The translations under genes and the position numbers were made by a program. Below, piece by piece: positions 37,165 through 49,294 of a stretch of 64,000 bases of DNA. The stretch is taken from contig JAKFBU010000056.1 of assembly GCA_036676985.1 (NCBI GenBank), positions 32,001 to 96,000 on the forward strand, written 5' to 3'. Below the pieces are notes generated by a model. That model had not been told where the DNA came from and searched no databases. It saw nothing but the letters and a program-made list of their open reading frames with translations. The stretch comes from Candidatus Sericytochromatia bacterium. GTDB taxonomy: Bacteria > Cyanobacteriota > Sericytochromatia > S15B-MN24 > UBA4093. How positions within the stretch are numbered: position 1 is the stretch's first letter; every line of letters begins with the position of its first letter.

Positions 37165-38133
37165 ATGCGTCAGCTCACGCTCACCCTCACGGCCCTGTCG
37201 GCCCTCGTCTTCCTGGTGGCCTGCGACCAGGCCTCCGTGCCGTCGGCGGCGGACCCGTCCGCAGGGTCTCCTGCGGCCCTCGAGGACACCCGGACGGGCG
37301 CGGTCTCCCTGCGGGTCAAGTGGCCCGAGCGCACGACCCAGTACATCCCGGAGACGGCCGAGACGATCGTCTTTGGGATCTACAAGCCGGGCATCACGGC
37401 CCCCCTCGCGACCGCGAGCCTCACCCGGCCCGCGAGCGAGCTCTCGCTGCCGCGGCTGCCCATCGGCTCTCTGCGCTTCACGGCGGACGCCCAGGATCCC
37501 GACGGCACCGTCGGGGCGAGCGGCAGCGCCACGGTGACCATCCTGCCCAACGCGACGGTCTCGGTGCCCCTGCACCTGATCTCGGCGCTTCCTGCCCCCA
37601 CCGTCACCGGCTTCAGCCCGTCCAATGGCGTGCCGGGCCAGCAGGTGACGGTCTCGGGCACGAATTTCGGGGCGAGCCGGAACACCCCCTTTGCCATCCA
37701 GTACGGCAACACGACCCTGCCCGGCGATCGGATCTTCCGCCTCAGCGACAGCCAGCTCGCCTTCTTCGTGCCGACCGGCGCCGTCAACTCCACCTTCTCG
37801 GTGACGGTGGGCCCGCACACGGTCGCTTCGACCGCCGCGTTCCAGGTCATCGCCACCGTCTCCGTCACGCCGAGCGCCGTCGCCCTCGACGCCTCCACCC
37901 AGCAGGTCACGCTCACGGTGACGGCCAAGGACGCGGCGGGCTTCGTCATCCCCTCGCCCGTCCTGCCCTGGAACACGCTCAGCGAGAACAAGGCGGGATG
38001 GGGGACGGGCGACCCGCTCCTGTTCTTCAACGGCTCGACCCGGGTGGTCTCGCGCGGGACGGCGACGGGCTCGGCCCTGATCGGCATCGGCCTGACGCCG
38101 ACGCTCGCCACCGTCTCCGTCACGGTGGACTGA
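37165..38133 (+). CDS. Lipoprotein with Ig-like and IPT/TIG domains
   Basis: Lipobox LVAC; PTVTGFSP..G.PGQQVTVSGTNFG. Confidence 0.8.
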   Translation: MRQLTLTLTALSALVFLVACDQASVPSAADPSAGSPAALEDTRTGAVSLRVKWPERTTQYIPETAETIVFGIYKPGITAPLATASLTRPASELSLPRLPIGSLRFTADAQDPDGTVGASGSATVTILPNATVSVPLHLISALPAPTVTGFSPSNGVPGQQVTVSGTNFGASRNTPFAIQYGNTTLPGDRIFRLSDSQLAFFVPTGAVNSTFSVTVGPHTVASTAAFQVIATVSVTPSAVALDASTQQVTLTVTAKDAAGFVIPSPVLPWNTLSENKAGWGTGDPLLFFNGSTRVVSRGTATGSALIGIGLTPTLATVSVTVD

Positions 38134-40100
38134 TGCGCCTCCGTGATACGACCTGGGGCGCCTGGCTCGGCGCCCTCCTGCTCGCGAGTTCGATTGCCGC
38201 CTGCCACTCGACTCAGCTCGTGCCTCTCGGCTCGCCGCCCGGCGGCGCCACGGGTGCGACCGTGACCCAGTCGCCCCGCAGCTTCGGCCAGCTCTCCATG
38301 ACCATTCGCTGGCCCCGGCAGGTGCAGTACATCCCCGTGAGCGCCACGCGCATCGAGTTCAAGGCCTTCGTCGGCGAGAACCCCGTGCCCTACGCCACCC
38401 AGACGGCGACCTCTCCGGGCGTGGGCGGCACGAGCACGGTCAGATTCGAGGCCTTGCCGGCGGGCGAGGTCGTCATCGTCGCGAGCGCCAAAGATGCCGC
38501 CGACCAGGTCGTGGCCGCGGGCAGCATCCGGCTTGCGATCGTCGCAAACGACCTGGTGCGCGGGGCCCTGACGCTGCAATCGACCACCGAGCCGCAGATC
38601 ACGACCTTCGTGCCCCAGGCCGCCGATCCAGGCAGCGAGGTGCACCTGTTCGGGAGCCACTTCGGAGACGAGCCGGGCCGCAACGCGACGTACTCCGTAT
38701 GGGTCGGGGGGCTCGTGGCCCCGAGCGCCACGCTCGTCGACGACGGCACCCTGCGCTTCATCGTCCCGGAAGGGGCCACCAACAGCCTCGTGACCCTGCG
38801 GGTCGACGCGCTGGCGACCCGGAGCGCCCAGGTCTTCACCACGATCCGCGCGTGGACGCTCTCGCCCTCGTCGGCCGAGGTCTTCGTGCCCTACGGCACG
38901 CAGGACTTCGCGGCCACGGCCCGCGACCACGCGGGGGTTCCGGTCGAGACCCCGCCCAGCGACAGCTGGTCGGTGGTGACGGTGAGCGGAGCCACGGGGG
39001 CATCGGTCGTCCTCGAGTCGGACGAGGACGGCTCAGAGCCGTCCGAGCTCGGGGTCGAGTTCCGGGCCCCCGAGGGTCTCGGCACCTACCAGGTCCGGAT
39101 CGGGAAGGGCTCGGCCGCCAAGACCGCGACCGTCACGACCCATCCCATGACCTTCGCGGACTTCGATGACCGGCTGGGGATCCTGCCCGCGGCGGCAAAC
39201 CCCGCGGACAATCCCACGAGCCCCGAGAAGGTCGCCCTCGGCAAGCGGCTCTTCTTCGACTCGGGCATCGGCTCCAACGGCCAGATGTCCTGCGCCAGCT
39301 GCCATCAGCCGGACAAGGGCTGGAGCGACGGGCGCAAGACGTCGCTCGGCAACGACGGCCAGCCCCTCGAGCGCAACTCGCCGACCATCCTCAACGCGGG
39401 GCTCGACGGGCGTGGGCTGATGTTCTGGGACGGGCGGGCGGCCACGCTCGAGGACCAGGCGCGCCAGGTGTTCGGCAACGCCCGCGAACTCAACCGAACG
39501 GGCGATCAGCTGCGTACCTACCTGACGGGCGCCGGATACCAGGCGAGCTTCTCGGCGGTTTTCGGCCCGGCGGGCCTTTCGGACGGCACCACGACCATGG
39601 ACCAGGTGACCAAGGCGATCGCCGCCTTCGAGCGGACGGTCATGACCCAACAGAGCGCCTTCGACCGCTGGGCCGAAGGTGACGCCGGCGCGCTCGGAGC
39701 TGCCGAGAAGCGGGGCCTCGGCGTCTTCGCCACCCGCGGCCGCTGCATCGAGTGCCACAGCGGGCCCATGTTCACGGACGAGAAGTTCCACAACATCTCG
39801 GTCTTCGAGCCCCTGGGGGTCCTCAACCCGGGTCGCAAGGCAGTCACCGGTGCCGCCGGAGACCTCGGGGCCTTCAAGACGCCGACCCTCCGGAACATCG
39901 AGGAGACGGGGCCGTACTTCCACAACGGGTCGGTCGCGAACCTGACGGACGTGATCCTCCATTATGAGGGCGAGTTCGAGGAGACGCCCAACATCGACCC
40001 GTTGCTGGCCGAGCCCATCCAGATCTCGGCCCAGGACCGGGAGGACCTCATCGCCTTCCTGCGGGCGCTCTCGGGCGCCACGCCGAGCGTCACGCCGTGA
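38133..40100 (+). CDS. Lipoprotein: Ig/IPT domains fused to a di-haem cytochrome c peroxidase (bCcP/MauG superfamily)
   Basis: Real start is the ATG at 38133 (TGATG overlap); lipobox IAAC; LGKRLFFD, CASCH, RNSPT, FWDGR, CIECH, FKTPTLRN, PYFHNG. Confidence 0.88.
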   Translation: MRLRDTTWGAWLGALLLASSIAACHSTQLVPLGSPPGGATGATVTQSPRSFGQLSMTIRWPRQVQYIPVSATRIEFKAFVGENPVPYATQTATSPGVGGTSTVRFEALPAGEVVIVASAKDAADQVVAAGSIRLAIVANDLVRGALTLQSTTEPQITTFVPQAADPGSEVHLFGSHFGDEPGRNATYSVWVGGLVAPSATLVDDGTLRFIVPEGATNSLVTLRVDALATRSAQVFTTIRAWTLSPSSAEVFVPYGTQDFAATARDHAGVPVETPPSDSWSVVTVSGATGASVVLESDEDGSEPSELGVEFRAPEGLGTYQVRIGKGSAAKTATVTTHPMTFADFDDRLGILPAAANPADNPTSPEKVALGKRLFFDSGIGSNGQMSCASCHQPDKGWSDGRKTSLGNDGQPLERNSPTILNAGLDGRGLMFWDGRAATLEDQARQVFGNARELNRTGDQLRTYLTGAGYQASFSAVFGPAGLSDGTTTMDQVTKAIAAFERTVMTQQSAFDRWAEGDAGALGAAEKRGLGVFATRGRCIECHSGPMFTDEKFHNISVFEPLGVLNPGRKAVTGAAGDLGAFKTPTLRNIEETGPYFHNGSVANLTDVILHYEGEFEETPNIDPLLAEPIQISAQDREDLIAFLRALSGATPSVTP

Positions 40101-40630
40101 GGGGCGGCGGCGCGTGGGCCGTGCTCCTCGCCCTGGGGCTGATCGGCTGCGTGCCGGGCCGCACCCAGGTCGAGCCGCTCGGCGATGAGGCCTTCGTGCT
40201 GGACGGGCAGATCGTCTTTCCACGCTCCGAGCCCACCCCCACGCCGGCGCCCAATCTCGCGACGCCCACGCCGCAGCCGACCAGCGCCCCGGGAGACGGG
40301 ACCTACGTACCCTTCGCGGTGCAGGTGGTGGTGACGAGCGACCACCCGGATCTCAACGTGGCGCCACCCCCGGGCAAAGCCGCCATCTACCGTGACCAGA
40401 CCTACGTGGCGGCGCAGGTGACCATGAGCAACGGCTACAGGAACAACCAGGTCACCTGGGAGTCCTCTCGCCCGGACATGGTCCGGGTCGACGCGTTCGG
40501 CAACGTCACGGCCACCGGCTCTCAGGCCGGGTGGGCCACCATCACCGCCACCTCCAAGGATGGCAAGGCCTCAGGCTCGGTGATCCTGCAGGTCACCAAC
40601 CATGGGGATGCGGAGCTGGTCGTCGAGTAG
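40097..40630 (+). CDS. Lipoprotein with PT linker and Big_2 domain; paralogue of 36571-37155
   Basis: Lipobox LIGC; VTWESS...RVD..G.VTA...ATITATSKDG; ends GDAELVVE. Confidence 0.8.
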   Translation: MRGGGAWAVLLALGLIGCVPGRTQVEPLGDEAFVLDGQIVFPRSEPTPTPAPNLATPTPQPTSAPGDGTYVPFAVQVVVTSDHPDLNVAPPPGKAAIYRDQTYVAAQVTMSNGYRNNQVTWESSRPDMVRVDAFGNVTATGSQAGWATITATSKDGKASGSVILQVTNHGDAELVVE

Positions 40631-40659
40631 GCGAGCCCGGAAGGCCGCATCACGTGCGC

Positions 40660-40697
40660 AAAAAAAGTCCGCGGAGTGAACACTCCGCGGGCTCTTT
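40660..40697. terminator. Bidirectional terminator
   Basis: A-run, agtccgcggagtg-aa-cactccgcgggct, then cttt, between convergent genes. Confidence 0.75.
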
Positions 40698-40709
40698 GTG
40701 GCGCGATCG

Positions 40710-41192
40710 CTAGATGTGGGCGGACTCGCCCTCGATGATTCGCTCGATGATGGACGTGGTCGAGCGGCCCTCGACGAAGGGCAGCACCACGACCTCGCCG
40801 CCCAGGCTCCGCACCAGGGGCGTCTCGGGGATGGTGTCGGGCTCGTAGTCCCCGCCCTTGACGTAGAGCTGGGGTCGAACGGCCTCGATGGCCCGGTCCG
40901 CCGTGCGCTCGTCGAAGATGACGACGGCGTCCACGCACTTGAGCGCGTCCATGAGCTCGGCCCGCTCGTCCTCGGGGAGGATGGGGCGCGCGGGGCCCTT
41001 CAGCTCGCGGACCGACCGGTCGGAGTTGAGGCCGACGACGAGGCGATCGCCCAGCTCGCGAGCCGCCTGCAGGTAACGCAGGTGCCCCACGTGCAGCAGG
41101 TCGAAGCAGCCGTTGGTGAAGACGGTCTTGCCGCCCTGGGCCTCCCACTCGGCGACGAGCGGAGCGATGGAGTCGACGGTATGGATGCTCAC
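40710..41192 (-). CDS. hldC: ADP-heptose synthase adenylyltransferase (RfaE domain II)
   Basis: [37 protein letters not shown]; GTG start overlapping the upstream stop. Confidence 0.9.
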   Translation of the reverse strand: MSIHTVDSIAPLVAEWEAQGGKTVFTNGCFDLLHVGHLRYLQAARELGDRLVVGLNSDRSVRELKGPARPILPEDERAELMDALKCVDAVVIFDERTADRAIEAVRPQLYVKGGDYEPDTIPETPLVRSLGGEVVVLPFVEGRSTTSIIERIIEGESAHI

Positions 41193-42217
41193 GAGCGCAC
41201 TCCCTGGATGCTCGCCGCATCCTGCTTGGCGAGGGCGTCGGCCAGCTCCTCGACGGTGGTGGTCGCCGTGCCGAAGCGCCGGACGACGATGGAGGCCGCG
41301 AGGTTCGCGAGCAGCGTCGCCTCGACGGGCGAGGCCCCGCCCGCAAGTGCCAGCGTGAGCGTACCCACCACCGTGTCGCCCGCCCCCGTCACGTCGAAGA
41401 CCTCCGTGCGGTTGAAGGCGGGGATCTGGGTGACGGTGCCGTTGGCCTCGAAGATCGCGATGCCGTTCGCGCCCCGGGTGATGAGGACGTTCTGCGCGCC
41501 CGTCTCCGCCAGGAGGATGCGGCCGGCCTCCATGAGGGTGGCCTCGTCCGTGATGGCGAAGCCCACGTTGGCCTCGGCCTCGGGCTGGTTGGGCGTCACG
41601 GCCGCAACGCCGGGGAAGAGGCGCAGGTCGCACTGGGCGTCGACCGTCACGAGCTTGCCGTGGACCTTGGCCAGCTCGAGAATCTTGGCGATGACCCGCG
41701 GGGTGAAGAGCCCGTTGCCGTACTCGGAGACAAGGATGCCGTCCACCTGCGGGATCTTGGCCTCGAGGGCCGCGAAGACCTGGGCCTCGATCTCGGCGCT
41801 GATGGGCTCGCGGCTCTCGCGGTCCACGCGCACGATCTGCTGGGTGACCGACTGCTGGCTCGCGGCCGAGATGCGGGTCTTGGTGGTGGTGGGGCGACTC
41901 GGGTCGACGACCACGCCCGACGAGTCGATGCCCCGCTCGCTGAGGGACTTGGCGAGCGCCACGCCCGAGGGATCGTCGCCGAAGAGGCCGATCACCTGCA
42001 CCTGGGCGCCGAGGCTCGCCATGTTGGCCGCGGCGTTGGCCGCGCCGCCCGGCACCACGTCCGTGTGCTGGTGGTAGAGGACCAGGACCGGGGCCTCGCG
42101 CGAGATGCGGCCGACCTGTCCGGTCAGGAACTCGTCGGCGATGAGGTCGCCGACAACGAGCAACCGGGTCTGGGCGAAGCCCCGGGTCAAGCGGGATAGG
42201 GTTTGCGTGTCGAGCAT
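41189..42217 (-). CDS. hldA: Heptose-7-phosphate kinase (RfaE domain I)
   Basis: [29 protein letters not shown]. Confidence 0.9.
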   Translation of the reverse strand: MLDTQTLSRLTRGFAQTRLLVVGDLIADEFLTGQVGRISREAPVLVLYHQHTDVVPGGAANAAANMASLGAQVQVIGLFGDDPSGVALAKSLSERGIDSSGVVVDPSRPTTTKTRISAASQQSVTQQIVRVDRESREPISAEIEAQVFAALEAKIPQVDGILVSEYGNGLFTPRVIAKILELAKVHGKLVTVDAQCDLRLFPGVAAVTPNQPEAEANVGFAITDEATLMEAGRILLAETGAQNVLITRGANGIAIFEANGTVTQIPAFNRTEVFDVTGAGDTVVGTLTLALAGGASPVEATLLANLAASIVVRRFGTATTTVEELADALAKQDAASIQGVRS

Positions 42218-42250
42218 CGGGATGGTGGACTCCGAAAGGTAGGGGCTGAC

Positions 42251-43388
42251 TTATTCTTCCACGCCAACGGCAGTTTGCCACTGGCCGCTTGCCTTGGCGC
42301 GCAGGTAGGCCTCGATGTAGCCGTCCAGGTCACCGTCCATCACCGCCGCGATGTTTCCGACCTCGTGGCTCGTCCGGTGGTCCTTGACCATCTGGTACGG
42401 CTGGAAGACGTAGCTGCGGATCTGGTTGCCCCAGGCGGCCTCGCTGTAACCTCCGCGGATCTCCGCCAGGCGCTTGGCCTGCTCGGCGAGCATGCGCTCG
42501 TAGAGCTTGGCCGTCAGGATGCGCATGGCCGTCTCGCGATTCTGGTGCTGGCTGCGCTCGTTCTGGCAGGCGACCACGATGCCCGAGGGCAGGTGGGTGA
42601 TGCGCACGGCCGTCTCGACCTTGTTGACGTTCTGGCCGCCCGCGCCGCCCGACCGGAAGGTGTCGATCTTGAGCTCGGTGGGGTTGATCTCGACCTCGGT
42701 GGCCTGATCCGAGAGCTCGGGCGTCACGTCCACCGAGGCGAACGACGTCTGGCGCTTGGCGTTGGCGTTGAAGGGCGAGATGCGCACCATGCGGTGTACG
42801 CCCTTCTCGGCCGACATGCGGCCGTAGGCGTAGGGCCCCGTCATGATGATGGTGGCGCTCTTGATGCCCGCCTCTTCGCCCTCGGACATGTCGACGAGCT
42901 CGATCTTGTAGCCCTTGGACTCGGCCCAGCGGGTGTACATGCGCAGCAGCATCTGCGCCCAGTCCTGGGCGTCGGTGCCGCCCGCTCCGGCGTTGATGGA
43001 GACGATGGCGGGCGCCTGGTCGAACTCGCCGCCCAAAAGCTGCTCCATCTCCCAGTCGCCGAGCGTGCCGCGGATGCGCTCCAGACCCGCCTCGATCTCG
43101 GGCAGGACGGAGGTGTCCTGCTCCTCGAGCCCCATCTCGATGAGGACGTCGAGGTCCGAGCTGAGGCTCTCCCAGACGCGCAGGCGCTCGAGCTGGCTAC
43201 GCAGCAAGTTGAGCTGCTGCATGGTGGCCTGGGCGCGGTTGGCGTCCCCCCAGAACTCCGGCTGGGAGGCTTCCGCCTCCAGGGCGCCTAGGCGCCCTTC
43301 CAACCGGTCCGGGTCAAAGATGCCTCCTTGCTTCGGCAATGCGTCCCTTCAGCTCCTCGAGCTGGGTCCGACACTCTTGAAGCGTCAC
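42251..43388 (-). CDS. prfB: Peptide chain release factor 2 with programmed +1 frameshift
   Basis: GTG at 43388 opens 24 codons ending AGGAGG-CAT-CTT-TGA-C (43328-43313); the +1 frame continues with SPF and GGQ motifs. Confidence 0.95.
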
Positions 43389-43401
43389 TTCGGACTCCTT
43401 T

Positions 43402-45999
<2,598 letters not shown>

Positions 46000-46150
46000 A
46001 GGGGGGTTTGCTACCTCTAGTCGTGGGGTGGGGGCCGCGGGGACTCCCTCGTTTCGGTCGCCCGGAAACGCGCTCATGAGGCGCGAGAATACCGGGCATC
46101 TGGTCATTTTTCCAGATATTCGAGTATATCACAACCCGACCGGAGGGCCG

Positions 46151-46180
46151 TTGACCCCTGTTCGGCGCGGGTGCTAGAAT
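46151..46180 (+). promoter_or_regulatory. Sigma-70 promoter for rpmE
   Basis: TTGACC-N18-TAGAAT with extended TG. Confidence 0.55.
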
Positions 46181-46291
46181 AGCGCGATTGAAACTTTCGG
46201 CGAACGTGCCGGACCGTTGACGCCGAGCGGTCCTACAGGTTCGATGGTGTCCCTCGTCGGATACCGGTGCCTGACACCCAATGGAGAGACC

Positions 46292-46510
46292 ATGAAAGCT
46301 GACATCCATCCCCAGTACAACGAAGTGAACGTGACCTGCGTCTGCGGCAACACCTTCAAGACGGGCTCCACCAAGAAGGAGATCCGGACGGAAATCTGCT
46401 CGGCGTGCCACCCCTTCTTCACCGGCACCCAGAAGATCGTCGACACCGAGGGCCGCGTGGAGCGCTTCATGAAGAAGTACAACATGACGGCGAGCGGCAA
46501 GAAGGCGTAA
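46292..46510 (+). CDS. rpmE: 50S ribosomal protein L31 (Zn-binding type)
   Basis: [29 protein letters not shown]. Confidence 0.97.
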   Translation: MKADIHPQYNEVNVTCVCGNTFKTGSTKKEIRTEICSACHPFFTGTQKIVDTEGRVERFMKKYNMTASGKKA

Positions 46511-46525
46511 GCCCCGAACGCTTGC

Positions 46526-46555
46526 GGCGGCTCCGATTCACGGGGCCGCCTTTTT
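46526..46555 (+). terminator. Intrinsic terminator
   Basis: ggcggctccg-attca-cggggccgcc followed by TTTTT. Confidence 0.8.
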
Positions 46556-46588
46556 GTTGACCCGACCCCGTAAAGCGAGCCGCGATCC

Positions 46589-47497
46589 ATGAACGACCTG
46601 ACGCTGAAGTCCACCTCCCGCCCCGTCCCGGCCCAGGACGCCATCCTGCGTGGCGAGCCCATCCCGGTCCTCGACCACGGCTACCTGCGCTACGTGGAGC
46701 ACCTGGGCAGCGACCTGACGCCCCTCGAGGCCGCCCGCATGAGCACGGGCAACCCGACCGGCGTCGACGCCGCCAAGGACACGGCCACCCGCGACTTCCT
46801 GTGGCGCCATGCGCACGCCACCCCCTTCGAGATGGCCGTGCTGCAGATCGAGGTGCAGGTCCCCATCTTCGTCGCGCGCGAGTGGATGCGCCACCGCACC
46901 CAGTCCTTCAACGAGTTCTCGGGCCGCTACGCCGAGATGCCCGCCCTCTACTACCAGCCCTCTGCCGAGCGGGTCCAGGGCCAGTCCGAGACAAACAAGC
47001 AGGCCTCGTCCGACTCGCTCGACACGGGCGTCCGTGACTCTTTCCTCGCGTCCGTCGCCGAAGACCAGGCACTGGTCCGCGACCACTACGAGGGGTACCT
47101 GGAGGCGGGTGTCGCCCGCGAGCTCGCGCGCATCAACTTGCCCCTCTCGCAGTACACCCGCTTTAGGGCCCAGGCCAACCTCCGCAACTGGCTGCACTTC
47201 CTCAACCTGCGCATGGCCCCCAACGCCCAGTACGAGATCCGGGTCTACGCCCACGCGCTCGCGGACCTCATCCAGCTCATCTGGCCCGAGACCTGGGCCG
47301 TCTTCGCCGAGCACACGCTCGAAGGAGCGCAGCTGAGCCGCACCGAGCGCAACCTCGTCACCCGGCTGCTCGGGGAGGCCCTCGGCACCCAGGACCCGGC
47401 CGCTCTAGCTTCGGCCCTCGAGGCCAAGATCGGGTCGTCCCTCAACAAGAGCAAGACGCGGGAGTTCCTCGCCAAGCTCGGCCTGCCCTCCGCCTAG
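46589..47497 (+). CDS. thyX: Flavin-dependent thymidylate synthase
   Basis: H.TPFE, PIFVAREWMRHR..SFNE.SGRY, RELARINLP, AQYEIR. Confidence 0.95.
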   Translation: MNDLTLKSTSRPVPAQDAILRGEPIPVLDHGYLRYVEHLGSDLTPLEAARMSTGNPTGVDAAKDTATRDFLWRHAHATPFEMAVLQIEVQVPIFVAREWMRHRTQSFNEFSGRYAEMPALYYQPSAERVQGQSETNKQASSDSLDTGVRDSFLASVAEDQALVRDHYEGYLEAGVARELARINLPLSQYTRFRAQANLRNWLHFLNLRMAPNAQYEIRVYAHALADLIQLIWPETWAVFAEHTLEGAQLSRTERNLVTRLLGEALGTQDPAALASALEAKIGSSLNKSKTREFLAKLGLPSA

Positions 47498-47533
47498 CGC
47501 CAGCGGCTTTTCCGTTGTGAAAGGATCCCTTCC

Positions 47534-47911
47534 ATGTTCGGCATGCAGATCCCCGGCTTCATGCTCAAGCAGATGTACCGGCATGGCAGCCTCTGCAACC
47601 AACAGGACTGCTTCGAGTTCGGCGTCCACAACCCCTTCATGGATGCGACCATCGTGACGGTCAAGGAGCTGTCGGTGGGCGGCAAGACCTACGGCCTCGA
47701 GGAGCTGGAGTTCACGCAGGGAGGCGTCACGCAGCCCGGCAGCAGCGTCAGCGAGGACACGCCCGTCGCGTTCAGCAAGGGAGACGCCGTCGCCATCCGG
47801 GTCAAGGGCCACCACCTCGCCCCCGGCGAGCACACCCTTACGCTCGAGGTCCACACCGAGGAGTTCGGGACCATCCGGATCGAGGTCCAGGATTCGGTCG
47901 GCCCGGCGTGA
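47534..47911 (+). CDS. Hypothetical beta-sandwich protein
   Basis: IP.FMLKQMY..GSL.N motif; AAGGA RBS. Confidence 0.65.
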   Translation: MFGMQIPGFMLKQMYRHGSLCNQQDCFEFGVHNPFMDATIVTVKELSVGGKTYGLEELEFTQGGVTQPGSSVSEDTPVAFSKGDAVAIRVKGHHLAPGEHTLTLEVHTEEFGTIRIEVQDSVGPA

Positions 47912-48004
47912 GGCGAGGTAAAGCTTGGCAACCCTGCTAGGAGTCACGGGGGATTTGGTATAATTCCCCTGGTTGACCGCCGCATGCCGACCTGAGGACG
48001 CTGC

Positions 48005-49294
48005 GTGAGCGAACGGAAAGTCCTGCCAAACGACCTCGCGCCCGGCATGGTGCTTGCCGAGCCCATTTGCCATCCCTACACGCGGCAGGTCATCTGGACG
48101 AGCGGCACCAAGCTCACCATGCAGCACATCGCCCTGCTCCAGAAGATGGAGCTGCGAGCCATCCAGGTCATCGACCTGGTCGACAAGCCGTCCACCAAGC
48201 CCCTGCCTCAGGGCCCGGCCAAGCGCTCCCTCTCGTCGATCTTCGGTGCTCCGGCCGCCGATCCCGCGCCGAGCACGCCTGCCCCGACGCCCGCTCCCGC
48301 GCCGAACGCCGCTCCGGCCTTCCGCCTGACGCGCCCGGCCGCCCACGGAGCACCTGCGAGCGGCACGTCCCGTCCGGCCGCCGTGCAGCCCGGGGCTCCT
48401 GCCAGGCGCCCCTCCGCCTCGGGCACTCCCTTCAAGCCCCAGGTCATCCGCAACGAGGTGCTGGAGCGCAACGTCCAGACCATCAAGCACATCCAGGACC
48501 AGGTCAAGAACGCCACGCGCATCGACATCCGCGAGGTGGACCAGTCGGTCCAGCAGACCATCCACAAGATCGTCTCCAACAAGGAGCTGCTCAACAGCCT
48601 CATCGACCTGCGGGTCTACGACGAGTACACCTACTCGCACTCCTCCAACGTCATGAGCCTCGCCCTGGTGGTGGGAACGGCCATGGGCTACTCGCCCGAG
48701 ACCCTGCGCATGCTGGGCATCGGGGCCTTGCTGCACGACGTGGGCAAGTCCCTGGTGCCCGAGTCCATCCTCCACAAGCCGGGCAAGCTGACCGAGGAGG
48801 AGTTCAACATCATGGCCACCCACCCGGCCAACGGCATCATGCTGCTGTCCGGCTACAGCTGGGCCAACGCCGAGATCAAGAACATCGTCTTCCAGCACCA
48901 CGAGAAGTGGGATGGCTCGGGCTACCCCATGAAGCTCTCGGGGACGGCCATCTCGGAGTTCGCGCGCATCGTGTCGGTGGTGGACGTGTACGACGCCCTC
49001 ATTTCGACCCGGCCCTACAAGAAGGGCCTGCCGCCGAACGTGGTCTACCAGGCCATCATCAACGGGGCGAACAACCACTTCGACCCGCGCGTGGTGCAGG
49101 CCTTCGTCAAGTTCATCGTGCCCTACCCGGTCAACTCGCTGGTCGAGCTCAACACGGGCCAGATCGCCCGCATCGTGCGCGTCTCGCGCCAGAACCTCAT
49201 GCGCCCGATCATCGAGCTCGAAGGCAGCATGATCGACCTCTCGCGCGACGAGCGCTTCTCGATCGTGACCATGTACCAACCCGCCACCGCCTAG
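48005..49294 (+). CDS. HD-GYP cyclic-di-nucleotide phosphodiesterase
   Basis: YTYSHS, LLHDVGK, HHEKWDGSGYP, DVYDAL..RPYK. Confidence 0.92.
   Translation: MSERKVLPNDLAPGMVLAEPICHPYTRQVIWTSGTKLTMQHIALLQKMELRAIQVIDLVDKPSTKPLPQGPAKRSLSSIFGAPAADPAPSTPAPTPAPAPNAAPAFRLTRPAAHGAPASGTSRPAAVQPGAPARRPSASGTPFKPQVIRNEVLERNVQTIKHIQDQVKNATRIDIREVDQSVQQTIHKIVSNKELLNSLIDLRVYDEYTYSHSSNVMSLALVVGTAMGYSPETLRMLGIGALLHDVGKSLVPESILHKPGKLTEEEFNIMATHPANGIMLLSGYSWANAEIKNIVFQHHEKWDGSGYPMKLSGTAISEFARIVSVVDVYDALISTRPYKKGLPPNVVYQAIINGANNHFDPRVVQAFVKFIVPYPVNSLVELNTGQIARIVRVSRQNLMRPIIELEGSMIDLSRDERFSIVTMYQPATA

Noticed and set aside
35460-40100. 1546-aa ORF in the track
   Set aside because: The first ~890 codons are an off-frame shadow of three real genes; the genuine CDS starts at ATG 38133 with a signal peptide.
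40710-42281. Fused HldE-like 523-aa ORF
   Set aside because: Kinase and adenylyltransferase are in different frames with a GTGA overlap; they are two separate genes.
42251-43388. prfB as a frameshifted pseudogene
   Set aside because: The break is the canonical programmed CTT-TGA-C site with its SD sequence.
46200-46290. L31 leader RNA
   Set aside because: Hairpins are present but I cannot match them to a known leader family by eye.
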